Source: Spirochaetia bacterium
GTDB taxonomy: Bacteria; Spirochaetota; Spirochaetia; CADAEX01
Length of the DNA stretch: 64,000 nt
NCBI GenBank assembly: GCA_963662795.1
Contig: OY759746.1
Span: 1,856,001 to 1,920,000, forward strand
Direction of reading: 5' to 3'
Within the stretch, counting starts at the first letter, position 1; each line of letters opens with the position of its first letter. Shown in pieces: positions 1 to 9,835 of the stretch. The translations under genes and the position numbers were made by a program. The notes under the pieces were generated by a model. It had not been told where the DNA came from, did no database searches, and worked only from the letters and a program-made list of their open reading frames with translations.

Positions 1-124
1 CGCTCATCTTGTAATATTTTGAGACAGTTTTCCGAGAAACTTCAAGCTTTTTGCTTATTTGACGGATTCCCATACCTGCCTTCTTGTGTTTTCTGATAGT
101 TTGAAATAAGTTCATTGTAATCAT
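1..124 (-). CDS. istA: IS21 transposase IstA, N-terminal HTH (partial)
   Basis: Manual translation MITMNLFQTIRKHKKAGMGIRQISKKLEVSRKTVSKYYKMS, an IstA-type HTH. Confidence 0.7.
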   Translation of the reverse strand, partial: MITMNLFQTIRKHKKAGMGIRQISKKLEVSRKTVSKYYKMS

Positions 125-242
125 TTGAGTCCATCCTGGTTGATTGTTTCATAGCTACAACCTTATAGGATGGACTCTTTCTTTTCACTAGGTGGGGTAC
201 TTTTCCTTTCCACCTCTGGGGTAATTTAGCTTACCATTTCCA
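1..242 (-). mobile_element. IS21-family element, left end (truncated by window edge)
   Basis: Minus strand begins TGGAAATGGTAAGCTAAATTACCCCA...AAAAGTACCCCACC (TG end with repeated subterminal motif typical of IS21), followed by an IstA-like N-terminus. Confidence 0.7.
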
Positions 243-276
243 TTTATAATTTATTTTACATATTAGGAGGTAATAT

Positions 277-1092
277 ATGTCCTATTTAATGCATATTACA
301 TTTGACAACACTCGCCGCTTAAAAAAAAATATTTACTATTTTAGCTATAAAAATGTAATCTTTAAATTAATACAGAACAATCCTCGAATACATTCAGACG
401 TTTTATTAACAATTGTTTCAAAAAGTGGAAATATTGAAGAAGAAAATGCATATTCAGCAGCATCTGAATTTTTAAGTGCATTAAGTTGGGAAATTAATTC
501 GCAAATTATCATGAGCTATAGTGGTGGATATGGCTGGGATGAAAAAAAAAGTCTTAGATATGCAAAACAAGGTATTTATATTCCACCAGTATTTCCTGTT
601 GGAAGAGGTAGAATGTTGGGGTATGATTTGAATGAAATACCAGCAATTATTAATTCTGAACAAATTACTGCTTTAACTCTTTATAGAGAAGCACATAGTT
701 CAAATAATCCTTATCTTTCATTTTTATTTTATTGGCAAATATTGGATGTTTATGGGACTAAAGCTGCAACATGGACAAATAACATATTTAAAAAAAATGT
801 TTCTGAACTTCAAATAAAAGAATATTTAAGTCAAATTAATCTTCAAGATAAACCTCTTGGAGATTATTTAGAAAAAGAATGCAGAGATGCAATTGCGCAT
901 ATAAAAAGAGCACCAAATAAAACAAGAATTGATCTAGATTCAGCTAAGGATAATCAGCGAATATTAATAGCTGTAAAAATTGTTCAAAAATTAGCTGAGG
1001 TATATATAAAAAAACATCTAAATCTTAACAAATCATGTTTTTTAGTAAAGAAAAACAATTGGAGCTATCCTGAATATGTTTGTATAAATTAA
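277..1092 (+). CDS. MauJ-like / HEPN-like protein
   Basis: ALTLYREA..NNPYLSFLFYWQILD and RDAIAH (Rx4H); AGGAGG RBS. Confidence 0.55.
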   Translation: MSYLMHITFDNTRRLKKNIYYFSYKNVIFKLIQNNPRIHSDVLLTIVSKSGNIEEENAYSAASEFLSALSWEINSQIIMSYSGGYGWDEKKSLRYAKQGIYIPPVFPVGRGRMLGYDLNEIPAIINSEQITALTLYREAHSSNNPYLSFLFYWQILDVYGTKAATWTNNIFKKNVSELQIKEYLSQINLQDKPLGDYLEKECRDAIAHIKRAPNKTRIDLDSAKDNQRILIAVKIVQKLAEVYIKKHLNLNKSCFLVKKNNWSYPEYVCIN

Positions 1093-1281
1093 TTAATAAT
1101 ATTAAAAGATTATATGGCAGAAGAAAAAAGGTTAAATAATATTAGGTGGTGTTGTAGCATTAGACAAAACAATGGAAATATGAATTGTAAATAAAGATCT
1201 AACTATCGTAAAAAAATACAAATCATACGAAATATTTGCAAAAAAATATACGGGTCGAGTAATTCACTGACATTTTAAGAA

Positions 1282-1554
1282 GTCCGGCCTTGGCTTCCAG
1301 CCGTGCGGCCTGGACAAGAAGTGGGGGCACTGGTGGATAACAGAGGATAATGCGCTTCGCTCGGAGTACCTCGCTTGGGCTTCGCCACACATCGTAGGGT
1401 TTGAACAATAACTGTTAAAACAACCAGTTTTGGAAAACATATAATACAGCTTTTAAAATATCATAGTTAATCTACGATGCGTCGCTTATCCTCAGGACGT
1501 TATCCACAATGCCCCCACAAGATGCGATCGCCCGGACCTCCGGCCGACGGGCGA
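1282..1554 (+). repeat. Composite attC-like site 1
   Basis: Left hairpin + arm ending GGATAAC(1341), core, GTTATCC(1499) + arm + right hairpin TCGCCC..GGGCGA. Confidence 0.85.
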
Positions 1555-1623
1555 GGATATGCAATATGGATAATCTACTTTATAAAGTATTCTACGGTAA
1601 TTACAAATGTATGGAGTTAACTT

Positions 1624-2841
1624 ATGAAAATAGATAATGTAAATGTAGTTAAGCTAGTTAAATATATAATTACACATTCAAGAATAAGTGAGTCTGGTAT
1701 TGAATATTCAATGGACAAAGTAGATTATGCCCTTGATGAACTTTGTTTGTATTTTCCTAAATATTCTTATAATTCCATACAAAAAACTCTATTAACAATA
1801 TCAAGCAGTAAGGAAAACATTACATATGAAATGTTTGAAGATTTATTAAGAGATAATGAGGATAAAAAAACAATAAAAAGTGAATTGTATCCATACATAT
1901 TTATTATCCCAATTGGAATTACTATTGAAGAAAATACAAGTATTAAACTTTTTAAGAAAAAATTAGACTTTATTACATTTAATGATATTCAAAAAATTGT
2001 GCCAAATGAAATACTGAAGATAGAAACAATAAAAAAATCAATTCATCGAAATGAAAATATTTATATTCCAAAGACCTTTATTAAAATAAATGTTTCCGCT
2101 TTATCTCGTTCTTCAGCAGTGCTTGAATTATGGAATATTTATCAAATAATCAAAGCATTAATTGAATTACGAAAAAGTTGGGGCACGCAATACATAATTC
2201 ATAACACTCTTGATGCTCGTGGCAAGATAAATATGCCAGATTGGATAATAATAAAAGATAAAAAAAAATTTAGCATTCATCATTTTAAACTATCTATTCA
2301 GCGGCCAAAGCAAGCAATTAAATTGTCACCAGAGGATTTTAATTCAATAAAAAATATGATAAATCTCATAAAGAAAAAATCAAATGAAAAGTTATTAGAT
2401 TTTGTTATTTATAGATCTTTTTTGCTTTATAATGATGCACTTGAACAAAATGATTTCAATTATTGCTTTTTAGCTTTTTGGCAAATACTTGAAACAATTT
2501 CATTAGCAGAGAGAAATGGAGGCGATACAAAAGTAATTGTTAATCGAATTATTCCATTAACTGAAAAAATATTAGGTGACAAAATACAACTAACTCAAAT
2601 CTTAAATTTATTCGCAAAAAAAAGATGTGATTTAGTACATAGTGGAATAGGTAGTATAAGTAATGATAATATCAATAAAATAAAATATATATGTGAAATA
2701 GCTTTAGAATGGATTATTGATAATAAGGAACAATATAGAACTGTTAATACTCTTTTTCAATATTATTCTCTTCGTTCAACGGATAAAACAACAATTGACT
2801 CAATAAAATCAGCAATTAAAATATTAAAAAGAAATACGTAG
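1624..2841 (+). CDS. ApeA-like HEPN domain protein
   Basis: C-terminal FLAFWQILE...KRCDLVHSG (Rx4H). Confidence 0.55.
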   Translation: MKIDNVNVVKLVKYIITHSRISESGIEYSMDKVDYALDELCLYFPKYSYNSIQKTLLTISSSKENITYEMFEDLLRDNEDKKTIKSELYPYIFIIPIGITIEENTSIKLFKKKLDFITFNDIQKIVPNEILKIETIKKSIHRNENIYIPKTFIKINVSALSRSSAVLELWNIYQIIKALIELRKSWGTQYIIHNTLDARGKINMPDWIIIKDKKKFSIHHFKLSIQRPKQAIKLSPEDFNSIKNMINLIKKKSNEKLLDFVIYRSFLLYNDALEQNDFNYCFLAFWQILETISLAERNGGDTKVIVNRIIPLTEKILGDKIQLTQILNLFAKKRCDLVHSGIGSISNDNINKIKYICEIALEWIIDNKEQYRTVNTLFQYYSLRSTDKTTIDSIKSAIKILKRNT

Positions 2842-2902
2842 TAAAATGTGTATAAATATAATATATGTCTACAGGTATAGTTATTACTTGAAACTATAAG
2901 AA

Positions 2903-3174
2903 GTCCGGCCTTGGCTTCCAGCCGTGCGGCCTAGACAAGAAGTGGGGGCACTGGTGGATAACAGAGGATAATGCGCTTCGCTCTCTTTGGTCGCTTGGGC
3001 TTCGCCACACATCGTATGGTTTTAATTACAACATCTATAAACGACAAGTTTTAGAAGAAAATATTTTGACTTTGAAATATTAATTCTCGGACTCCGATGC
3101 GTCGCTTATCCTCGGGACGTTATCCACAATGCCCCCACAAGAGAAAATCGCCCGGACCTCCGGCCGACGGGCGA
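2903..3174 (+). repeat. Composite attC-like site 2
   Basis: AAC ends 2962; GTT at 3119; same flanking hairpins. Confidence 0.85.
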
Positions 3175-3361
3175 GAGAAAAAACAAAGAATGATTTTAAA
3201 AAATATTTGTGTAAATAAAAAAAAAGAATATAATATTAATAATGGATAAAATCAGTCTCCAATAATCTAGTTATTATTGGTTATGTTAATGTTCAAGAAT
3301 GAAGATTAAAACATAATATTCTGCTATATTAAAAAATAGATATAATGGATGATGTATTGAT

Positions 3362-4237
3362 ATGATTTTTATTAATAATAAACCTTTATTACCGTTTGAG
3401 TATAAAAGTTGTGATCTAAATACTAAAATTAAAAAATATGATGAATATTCAAAAGAAGGCTTTTTAGTAAAAAAATATAAAAAAACAGGATTTAATGAAT
3501 ATAATCAAAAAGGGTTTTTAATTAAATCCGAATACATTAACGATTTTGGTCAAAAAGTTTATCGGTCATTTACATATGACTATGATAAAGATATTATAAA
3601 CGCCATTGAAAATATTGAAATATATAATACTGCAAATGTAACAAAAAGATATAATATTATTCTATTTGAAAACATTATTAAAAAAATAGTGATTGAGGAA
3701 ATATACACTGAAAAATATATGTCTAGAAATTATTATGATGAAAAAGAATATGAATATAATAAAAAAAATATTCTCATTAAAGAAACACAAAAAAACAATT
3801 TTGATAAAATTACTATCAATTACAAATACAATAATGACAAATTAATTGAAAAAATAACATCTAGTGAAAAAGAAGTATACAATTATTCTAATAATACAAT
3901 ATCTGTTGTTGTTTATGATAACCTAAATAATATTGTCAAAAACGTTTATTATAAAATAGAATCAGATAACATAACGTATATGCTTTCTTCTAATTCAGAT
4001 AATTCAAAAAATGAAGAACAAAATGCTTATTTTTATAATGACATAATTAAAAATAAAACAATTACAAAATATTACAAATTTAATGATTGTTATTCGCATA
4101 ATAAAATAAATACAGTTGAAAACTATGATTATGATTTAAAAGGAAATTGGATTAACTATGAATGTGAGTATTTTGATAAATATAAAAATAATAAACCTTA
4201 TAAAGTAGCCATAATAAAAAGAGACATTATTTATTGA
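3362..4237 (+). CDS. Hypothetical YD-repeat-like protein
   Basis: Repeated YxY(D/N)xxG motifs, e.g. YDYDLKGNWI. Confidence 0.45.
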   Translation: MIFINNKPLLPFEYKSCDLNTKIKKYDEYSKEGFLVKKYKKTGFNEYNQKGFLIKSEYINDFGQKVYRSFTYDYDKDIINAIENIEIYNTANVTKRYNIILFENIIKKIVIEEIYTEKYMSRNYYDEKEYEYNKKNILIKETQKNNFDKITINYKYNNDKLIEKITSSEKEVYNYSNNTISVVVYDNLNNIVKNVYYKIESDNITYMLSSNSDNSKNEEQNAYFYNDIIKNKTITKYYKFNDCYSHNKINTVENYDYDLKGNWINYECEYFDKYKNNKPYKVAIIKRDIIY

Positions 4238-4279
4238 TATTTTTTACTCAGTTAGAATAATTACCTGACAGTAGAAAAA

Positions 4280-4553
4280 GTCCGGCCTTGGCTTCCAGCC
4301 GTACGGCCTGGACAAGAAGTGGGGGCACTGGTGGATAACAGAGGATAATTCGCTGCGCTCGGAGTACCTCGCTTGGCCTATGGCACACATCGCAGACTTT
4401 TAACAACAAATACAGAGAACAACCAGTTTTGAAAGAAAAATACAATAGCTTTTAAATATCAATACTTTATCTACGATGCGTCGCTTATCCTCAGGACGTT
4501 CTCCGAAATACCGCCCTAAGAGAAAATCGCCCGGGCCCCTGGCCGACGGGCGA
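4280..4553 (+). repeat. Composite attC-like site 3
   Basis: AAC ends 4339; GTT at 4498. Confidence 0.85.
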
Positions 4554-4606
4554 GGATATGCAATACTTAATGTAGTTAGAAAGAAATATAATGTATAGGA
4601 TGTTTT

Positions 4607-5833
4607 ATGAAAGATAGTAATATATTTAATAGTTATATAAATGAATATAAAGAAAAAGGTTTTTTATATTTAAAAAAAGAGGATGTAGAATATGAAAGAA
4701 TTTACAAGGAAAAGAATGATGTTTTAACGAAGAAATATAAAATGAAAATTGGTTCAAAACAACCAGAAAAATACAGTGGAGACATGTTTGTTCAACGAAT
4801 GCTTTCTGAAACAGATCCTCTTGAAAAAAGAAAATTACTATTTGAGAATGAATTAATTATCCCAAGGATAATATATTTTAAAGAAAACAAAATATTTTCT
4901 ACTCACTACAGAAAAAGAATTAATCATATATATAATAAAATTAAAAGAAATGAAGAAGATGAAATATATAAAGAACAATTTATTTACAATAAAAATAAGA
5001 TAATTATCCGCGAAATTAGAACTGTAGATGACTATTTGAAAGTGATTGAAGAATATAATGTTAATTATTTTAGAGGACATAGTAATATGAATTATAAATT
5101 GATTCCAGCAGTTTATAGAAATGGGAACATAAAAATGGAATCAAAATATTTTAAAGAAATGATTCTTAGATATCCTGAAGAATTTGAAAATATGAAATCG
5201 GCGATTGAAATACTATCTAAAATGCAGCATTATGGTTGTCCTACTAGATTACTTGATATTACAAAAAATCCGTTAGTAGCATTATATTTTGCTTGTTCAG
5301 AAAATATTGATACAATTGGAGAAATCATTTGCTTCAGTGTAAATGATGATGATATTAGATATAATGATAGTGATACTGTAAGTATTTTGGCGAATCTTGC
5401 AAAAATAGATGAAAAATTTGATATATCTAAAATTAAAAAAAGGGAAAAAAGATTCTTTAATAAACATAGAATTATAGATAGATTGCATCATGAAATAAAA
5501 CAGGAAAAATCATATTTTAGACCAATAATAAATCCTAAAGATATTGAAGAAGTATGCTTTGTTCGTCCAAAGCTCAATAATAAACGAATACTTATTCAAG
5601 ATGGGGGTTTTATTATATTTGGTATTTCTAATATAAAAGAAAAACCTGCAATAGTCAAAAATGATATAACAATCGGCAATAAAAAATTGAAGGTTTTAGT
5701 ACTAAATAATGAAGTTAAAAAGCAATTTCTTAATAAACTAGATCTTATGGGTATAAATAGAGGAACTTTATTTCCAGAGATTAATAATTACTCACAGTAT
5801 TTAAAAGCAAAATATGAAGAAAAATTGAAGTAA
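4607..5833 (+). CDS. FRG domain protein
   Basis: YFRGH..LIPAVYR, QHYGCPTRLLDITKNPLVALYFAC, RILIQDGGF. Confidence 0.85.
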   Translation: MKDSNIFNSYINEYKEKGFLYLKKEDVEYERIYKEKNDVLTKKYKMKIGSKQPEKYSGDMFVQRMLSETDPLEKRKLLFENELIIPRIIYFKENKIFSTHYRKRINHIYNKIKRNEEDEIYKEQFIYNKNKIIIREIRTVDDYLKVIEEYNVNYFRGHSNMNYKLIPAVYRNGNIKMESKYFKEMILRYPEEFENMKSAIEILSKMQHYGCPTRLLDITKNPLVALYFACSENIDTIGEIICFSVNDDDIRYNDSDTVSILANLAKIDEKFDISKIKKREKRFFNKHRIIDRLHHEIKQEKSYFRPIINPKDIEEVCFVRPKLNNKRILIQDGGFIIFGISNIKEKPAIVKNDITIGNKKLKVLVLNNEVKKQFLNKLDLMGINRGTLFPEINNYSQYLKAKYEEKLK

Positions 5834-5843
5834 TACAAGACTC

Positions 5844-6114
5844 GTCCAGACCTTGCCTCCGGCCTATCGGTCTGGACAAGAAAGGGCGGTACTTCCGAGA
5901 ACAGAGGATAATGCGCTGCGCTCGGAGTACCTCGCTTGGCCTGCGGCATATTTTGCTATCATTAAAACAGTTCATATTCTGTTTTACTCTATTTAAATAT
6001 ATTCCCCAAGACTATTACAAAATAAAAGATTTTAACAAAACATCGCTTATCCTCAGGACGTTCTACGAAATACCGCCCAAGAAGACATCGCCCGGACCTT
6101 CGGCCGACGGGCGA
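5844..6114 (+). repeat. Composite attC-like site 4
   Basis: AAC ends 5902; GTT at 6060. Confidence 0.85.
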
Positions 6115-6191
6115 GAGAAAATTAATATTAACCCCAAAAGAATATAGACAATAATTTTTATGTGTTATATGGAAATACCAGGGGGTTAAAT

Positions 6192-7229
6192 ATGTATCAT
6201 CCAAGATTTAAAGGAAACCATTATGAAATGGGAAAGAAGATGGGAAAGATCTTTAAAAACGAAAATGTTCAGTTTCCTATCAAACTTGATTCATTACAAA
6301 CTGAGTATGGCAGAGAAAGCGGAAAACTGCTAAAAAAGTATTTTCCAGAAGCAGCAGAAGAAATAAAAGGCATTACTGATGTAATAGGATATGATAATGA
6401 GCAATTCACTTCCTGGCTGATGTGTATGGGTTGTTGCATGTATAATTTAGAAGAATCAAATAGTGTAGAAGTAAGAGGTTGTACTGCGTTTAGTTTTACC
6501 CATAATGGAGGGATATTTTACGGAAGAGATAATGATTTGCCACCATTTTTAAAGAAGCCAAGTAAAAGCGTATATTATAAACCAGAGAATAAGAATAGCT
6601 TTATTCTAAACACATCATCTTTTATAAATGGTGAGGAAGGAATAAATGATTATGGATTGATTGTAGCCATGACTTTTGTTTTACCAAAAATGGAAGAAAT
6701 AAAGCCGGGTTTAAATTCTGTATTTCTTGTCCGTTATATTTTAGAAAAATGCAGGACAGTTGAAGAAGGAATTGAAGTTTTAAAAAAACTACCAATAGCT
6801 TCGAGCTGTAATATTCTTTTAGCTGATAAAAGCAAAGCAATGGTTGTAGTAGAATGCAATCCATTGGAAATGAACATAAGATATCCTGAAGAAAAAGATA
6901 ATGGTGAGAGTTTTATAGTTACAGTAAATCATTTTACTTCAGAGAAAATGTGGAAACACGATGCGAGCGATCGTAATATATACTTCTCCGAAGTCAGATA
7001 TCAAACCGCACATTATGCATTAAAGAATATAGATTTCAAAGATAGTGTCGAGCATGCTGAGAAAATACTAAGCGGAGATTATGGTTTTATGTGTCAGTAT
7101 GAAAAAAAATTGAATTTTGAGACTATATGGTCATCAGTATTCGATGTTAAAAATAAAAAGATATATAGAGCAGAAGGAAATCCTATAAAAACAAAATATA
7201 TCAAAGATGAGAGACTCATTTTTATATAA
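6192..7229 (+). CDS. C45 family Ntn-hydrolase (acyltransferase/peptidase)
   Basis: GCTAFSF nucleophile site, GRDND, EGINDYGL, VNHF; ATG 6192 chosen over upstream alternative start. Confidence 0.8.
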   Translation: MYHPRFKGNHYEMGKKMGKIFKNENVQFPIKLDSLQTEYGRESGKLLKKYFPEAAEEIKGITDVIGYDNEQFTSWLMCMGCCMYNLEESNSVEVRGCTAFSFTHNGGIFYGRDNDLPPFLKKPSKSVYYKPENKNSFILNTSSFINGEEGINDYGLIVAMTFVLPKMEEIKPGLNSVFLVRYILEKCRTVEEGIEVLKKLPIASSCNILLADKSKAMVVVECNPLEMNIRYPEEKDNGESFIVTVNHFTSEKMWKHDASDRNIYFSEVRYQTAHYALKNIDFKDSVEHAEKILSGDYGFMCQYEKKLNFETIWSSVFDVKNKKIYRAEGNPIKTKYIKDERLIFI

Positions 7230-7273
7230 ACCAAAAGTAATAAATGCATTTACTTTTCAATTAGAAAAGGATA

Positions 7274-7457
7274 GTCCAGACCTTGGCTCCGCCCTATCGG
7301 TCTGGACGGGAAGGGCGGTACTTCGTAGAACACAGCATAACCGGTTCCGGCCATTCGGCCTTCACCAAAATTGCTTCGCAACTTCGGTTATGCTGGGAAC
7401 GTTATGCTCAATACCAGCCGCAAGAGGAAATCGCCCGGACCTCCGGCCAACGGGCGA
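7274..7457 (+). repeat. Composite attC-like site 5 (short 83-bp core)
   Basis: GTAGAAC 7325-7331 ... GTTATGC 7401-7407; inner stem CAGCATAACCG/CGGTTATGCTG. Confidence 0.85.
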
Positions 7458-7528
7458 GAGAGAAGAAGAAACAATAAGTATAGATTAAACTGTAAAAGAT
7501 AAGAAATGCTTATGGAAAGTGAAAGAAC

Positions 7529-7557
7529 TTGACAATAATATGTAATAACAATATAAT
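7529..7557 (+). promoter_or_regulatory. sigma70 promoter of TA operon
   Basis: TTGACA-17 bp-TATAAT, perfect consensus. Confidence 0.8.
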
Positions 7558-7575
7558 TACAGCAAGAGGTAAAGA

Positions 7576-7824
7576 ATGATAGTTTCTGTTGTTTCCATCG
7601 GCAATTCAAAAGGAATACGTCTTCCAAAAGCATTATTAAATCAACTAAAAATATCAGATAAACTGGATTTAGAAGTAGAAGATCAGAAAATAATACTTAA
7701 ACCTGTATCTGATAATCCAAGAGCAGGATGGAATTTGGCTTTTAAAGATATGCATGAAAAAAATGAAGATCAATTATTGATAAATGAAAGTATTGATTCT
7801 AAGGATTTCAAATGGGAATGGTAA
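7576..7824 (+). CDS. mazE: AbrB/MazE family antitoxin
   Basis: IGNSKGIRLPK AbrB motif; overlaps toxin. Confidence 0.85.
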   Translation: MIVSVVSIGNSKGIRLPKALLNQLKISDKLDLEVEDQKIILKPVSDNPRAGWNLAFKDMHEKNEDQLLINESIDSKDFKWEW

Positions 7825-8141
7825 TAAATCAGTATGAAGTCTATCTGGTTGAGCTTGATCCAACAAAGGGACATGAAATACAAAAAACAAGACCATGTTT
7901 AATTATTTCCCCCGATGAAATGAATCACAATATAAGTACTGTTATTATTGCTCCAATGACAACAAAATCACATAATTATCCGACACGTGTAGAATTAAGG
8001 TTTTTAGGAAAAAAAGGATGGATAGTTTTAGATCAGATAAGAACGATAGACAAACAGAGATTATTAAAAAAAATTGGCAAGATTGAAATTAAAGAAATTC
8101 TAAAAGTTAAAGAAATCATTAAAGAAATGTTGGTTGATTGA
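7812..8141 (+). CDS. mazF: PemK/MazF family toxin
   Basis: LDPTKGHEIQKTRPCLIIS, DQIRTIDKQRL. Confidence 0.9.
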   Translation: MGMVINQYEVYLVELDPTKGHEIQKTRPCLIISPDEMNHNISTVIIAPMTTKSHNYPTRVELRFLGKKGWIVLDQIRTIDKQRLLKKIGKIEIKEILKVKEIIKEMLVD

Positions 8142-8175
8142 TAAAAAAAATTAAAATATTAATGCAAGAGAAAAA

Positions 8176-8468
8176 GTCCGGCCTTGGCGTTGCCGTGCGG
8201 CCTGGACAAGAAGCGGCTGGTACTGGAGCATAACAGCGATTATTTCGCTGCGCTCCCTGTGGTCGCTTGGGCTCCTGCCAGTTGAACTGGCAGATCGCCA
8301 TATTTTGTTTTAATAAAACAGAAACAACATGTATTTTATGCTTTTCGAGTTTTAAAAAATAAATAAAAGTATTTTAGAGTTTAGCCACAAAACATCGAAT
8401 AATCGCGAGACGTTATGCTCAATACCAGCCGCAAGAAGAAATCGCCCGGACCTCCGGCCGACGGGCGA
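8176..8468 (+). repeat. Composite attC-like site 6
   Basis: AAC ends 8234; GTT at 8412. Confidence 0.85.
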
Positions 8469-8497
8469 AGAAAAATAAATAGTAAGGAATATACTTT

Positions 8498-9517
8498 ATG
8501 AAAGAAGTTTTTATATTAGGAGCTGGTTTCTCCAAATGGTTTTCACCAGCAATGCCTTTATTAAAAGAATTAATTCCTTTATTAAGTAAAAATACTATAA
8601 ATGATATAAAGAAAAAACAGGTATTGAAAATAATAATAGAAAAGGAAAAAAATGTAGAAAAGTTGTTATCATATTTATCAATTGATTATCCATGGAAAAC
8701 AAAAGATGAAGTGTATTCTGATAAATCATTGTATATCAGAATAGTCAAAGAAATATCTGAAGGTTTACTAAAAATACAATCGCAGCAACTGTTTGATATT
8801 AAACCCGAAGATAATAAATATAAACTTTTTAGTTATTGGTATAAAAATAGATCTAAGATATTAACATTTAACTATGATAATATTTTAGAATTAACTTTTA
8901 CAAAAATGTATACATATTATGATTGGTATTATTTTTACGATATACCGATAAAAAGCTTAATTGATAGAAGCGAACCTAAAATATTTCATGGTACAATTTC
9001 TGGAACACCGACAATAGAACCAAAATTCCCAACTATTTTAAAACTGCATGGATCAATTAATTGGCTGTTTCAAGGAGATTTTGTAGATCAAAATAGTGAT
9101 ACTGTATATCACTATAATCCCCGTTTAAAATTACCTTCGATAGAGATAAATAAAAAGGGATTAACTGAGTACATTATACCTCCATTATTAGAAAAAAATA
9201 ATTATATAAATCATTATCTTATTAAATGTATTTGGCAGAGTAGTAAAAAAGAAATTAATGATGCAGATAAAATAATTATAATAGGATATTCTTTTCCGCC
9301 CTCTGATATATATATGGATTTATTTTTCAAATCAGCTATTAATAAAATGCAAGAAATAGTCATTGTAAATGTAGATGAGAAAAAGGAATATGAAAATAAA
9401 GTAAGAAAAATATTTTCACCAATGTACAAAAGAGGGAAACTAAATATAAATTTTATTACTGGTAGCAAATCTATAGATGAATATACTGATAACTTAAGAG
9501 ATAACAATTATCCTTGA
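8498..9517 (+). CDS. SIR2-like domain protein
   Basis: GAGFS, TFNYD, KLHGS, IIGYS motifs. Confidence 0.85.
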   Translation: MKEVFILGAGFSKWFSPAMPLLKELIPLLSKNTINDIKKKQVLKIIIEKEKNVEKLLSYLSIDYPWKTKDEVYSDKSLYIRIVKEISEGLLKIQSQQLFDIKPEDNKYKLFSYWYKNRSKILTFNYDNILELTFTKMYTYYDWYYFYDIPIKSLIDRSEPKIFHGTISGTPTIEPKFPTILKLHGSINWLFQGDFVDQNSDTVYHYNPRLKLPSIEINKKGLTEYIIPPLLEKNNYINHYLIKCIWQSSKKEINDADKIIIIGYSFPPSDIYMDLFFKSAINKMQEIVIVNVDEKKEYENKVRKIFSPMYKRGKLNINFITGSKSIDEYTDNLRDNNYP

Positions 9518-9524
9518 TTAGGAA

Positions 9525-9798
9525 GTCCGGCCTTGGCGTTGCCGTGCGGCCTGGACAAGAAGCGGCTGGTACTGGAGCATAACAGAGGATAAGGCGCTTC
9601 GCTCCCTTTGGTCGCTTGACCTTCGGCATATTTTGCTATCATCAAGCTTGAACAGTAAAAGATAAACCGTTTTAACATTTAACAAAAAAGACATTAATGT
9701 TTTAGAGTTTTTAACCGCAAAACATCGCTTATCCTCGAGACGTTATTTGCAATACCTCCGCGAAGAGAATACCGCCCGGACCTCTGGCCGACGGGCGA
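9525..9798 (+). repeat. Composite attC-like site 7
   Basis: AAC ends 9583; GTT at 9742. Confidence 0.85.
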
Positions 9799-9835
9799 AG
9801 AAAAATAATATATTATAATTTAAAACTGAGGAATT

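Noticed and set aside
1282-1315. Left hairpins as Rho-independent terminators for cassette genes
   Set aside because: Followed by AAGAAG rather than a U-tract on the + strand; at most they could terminate antisense transcripts
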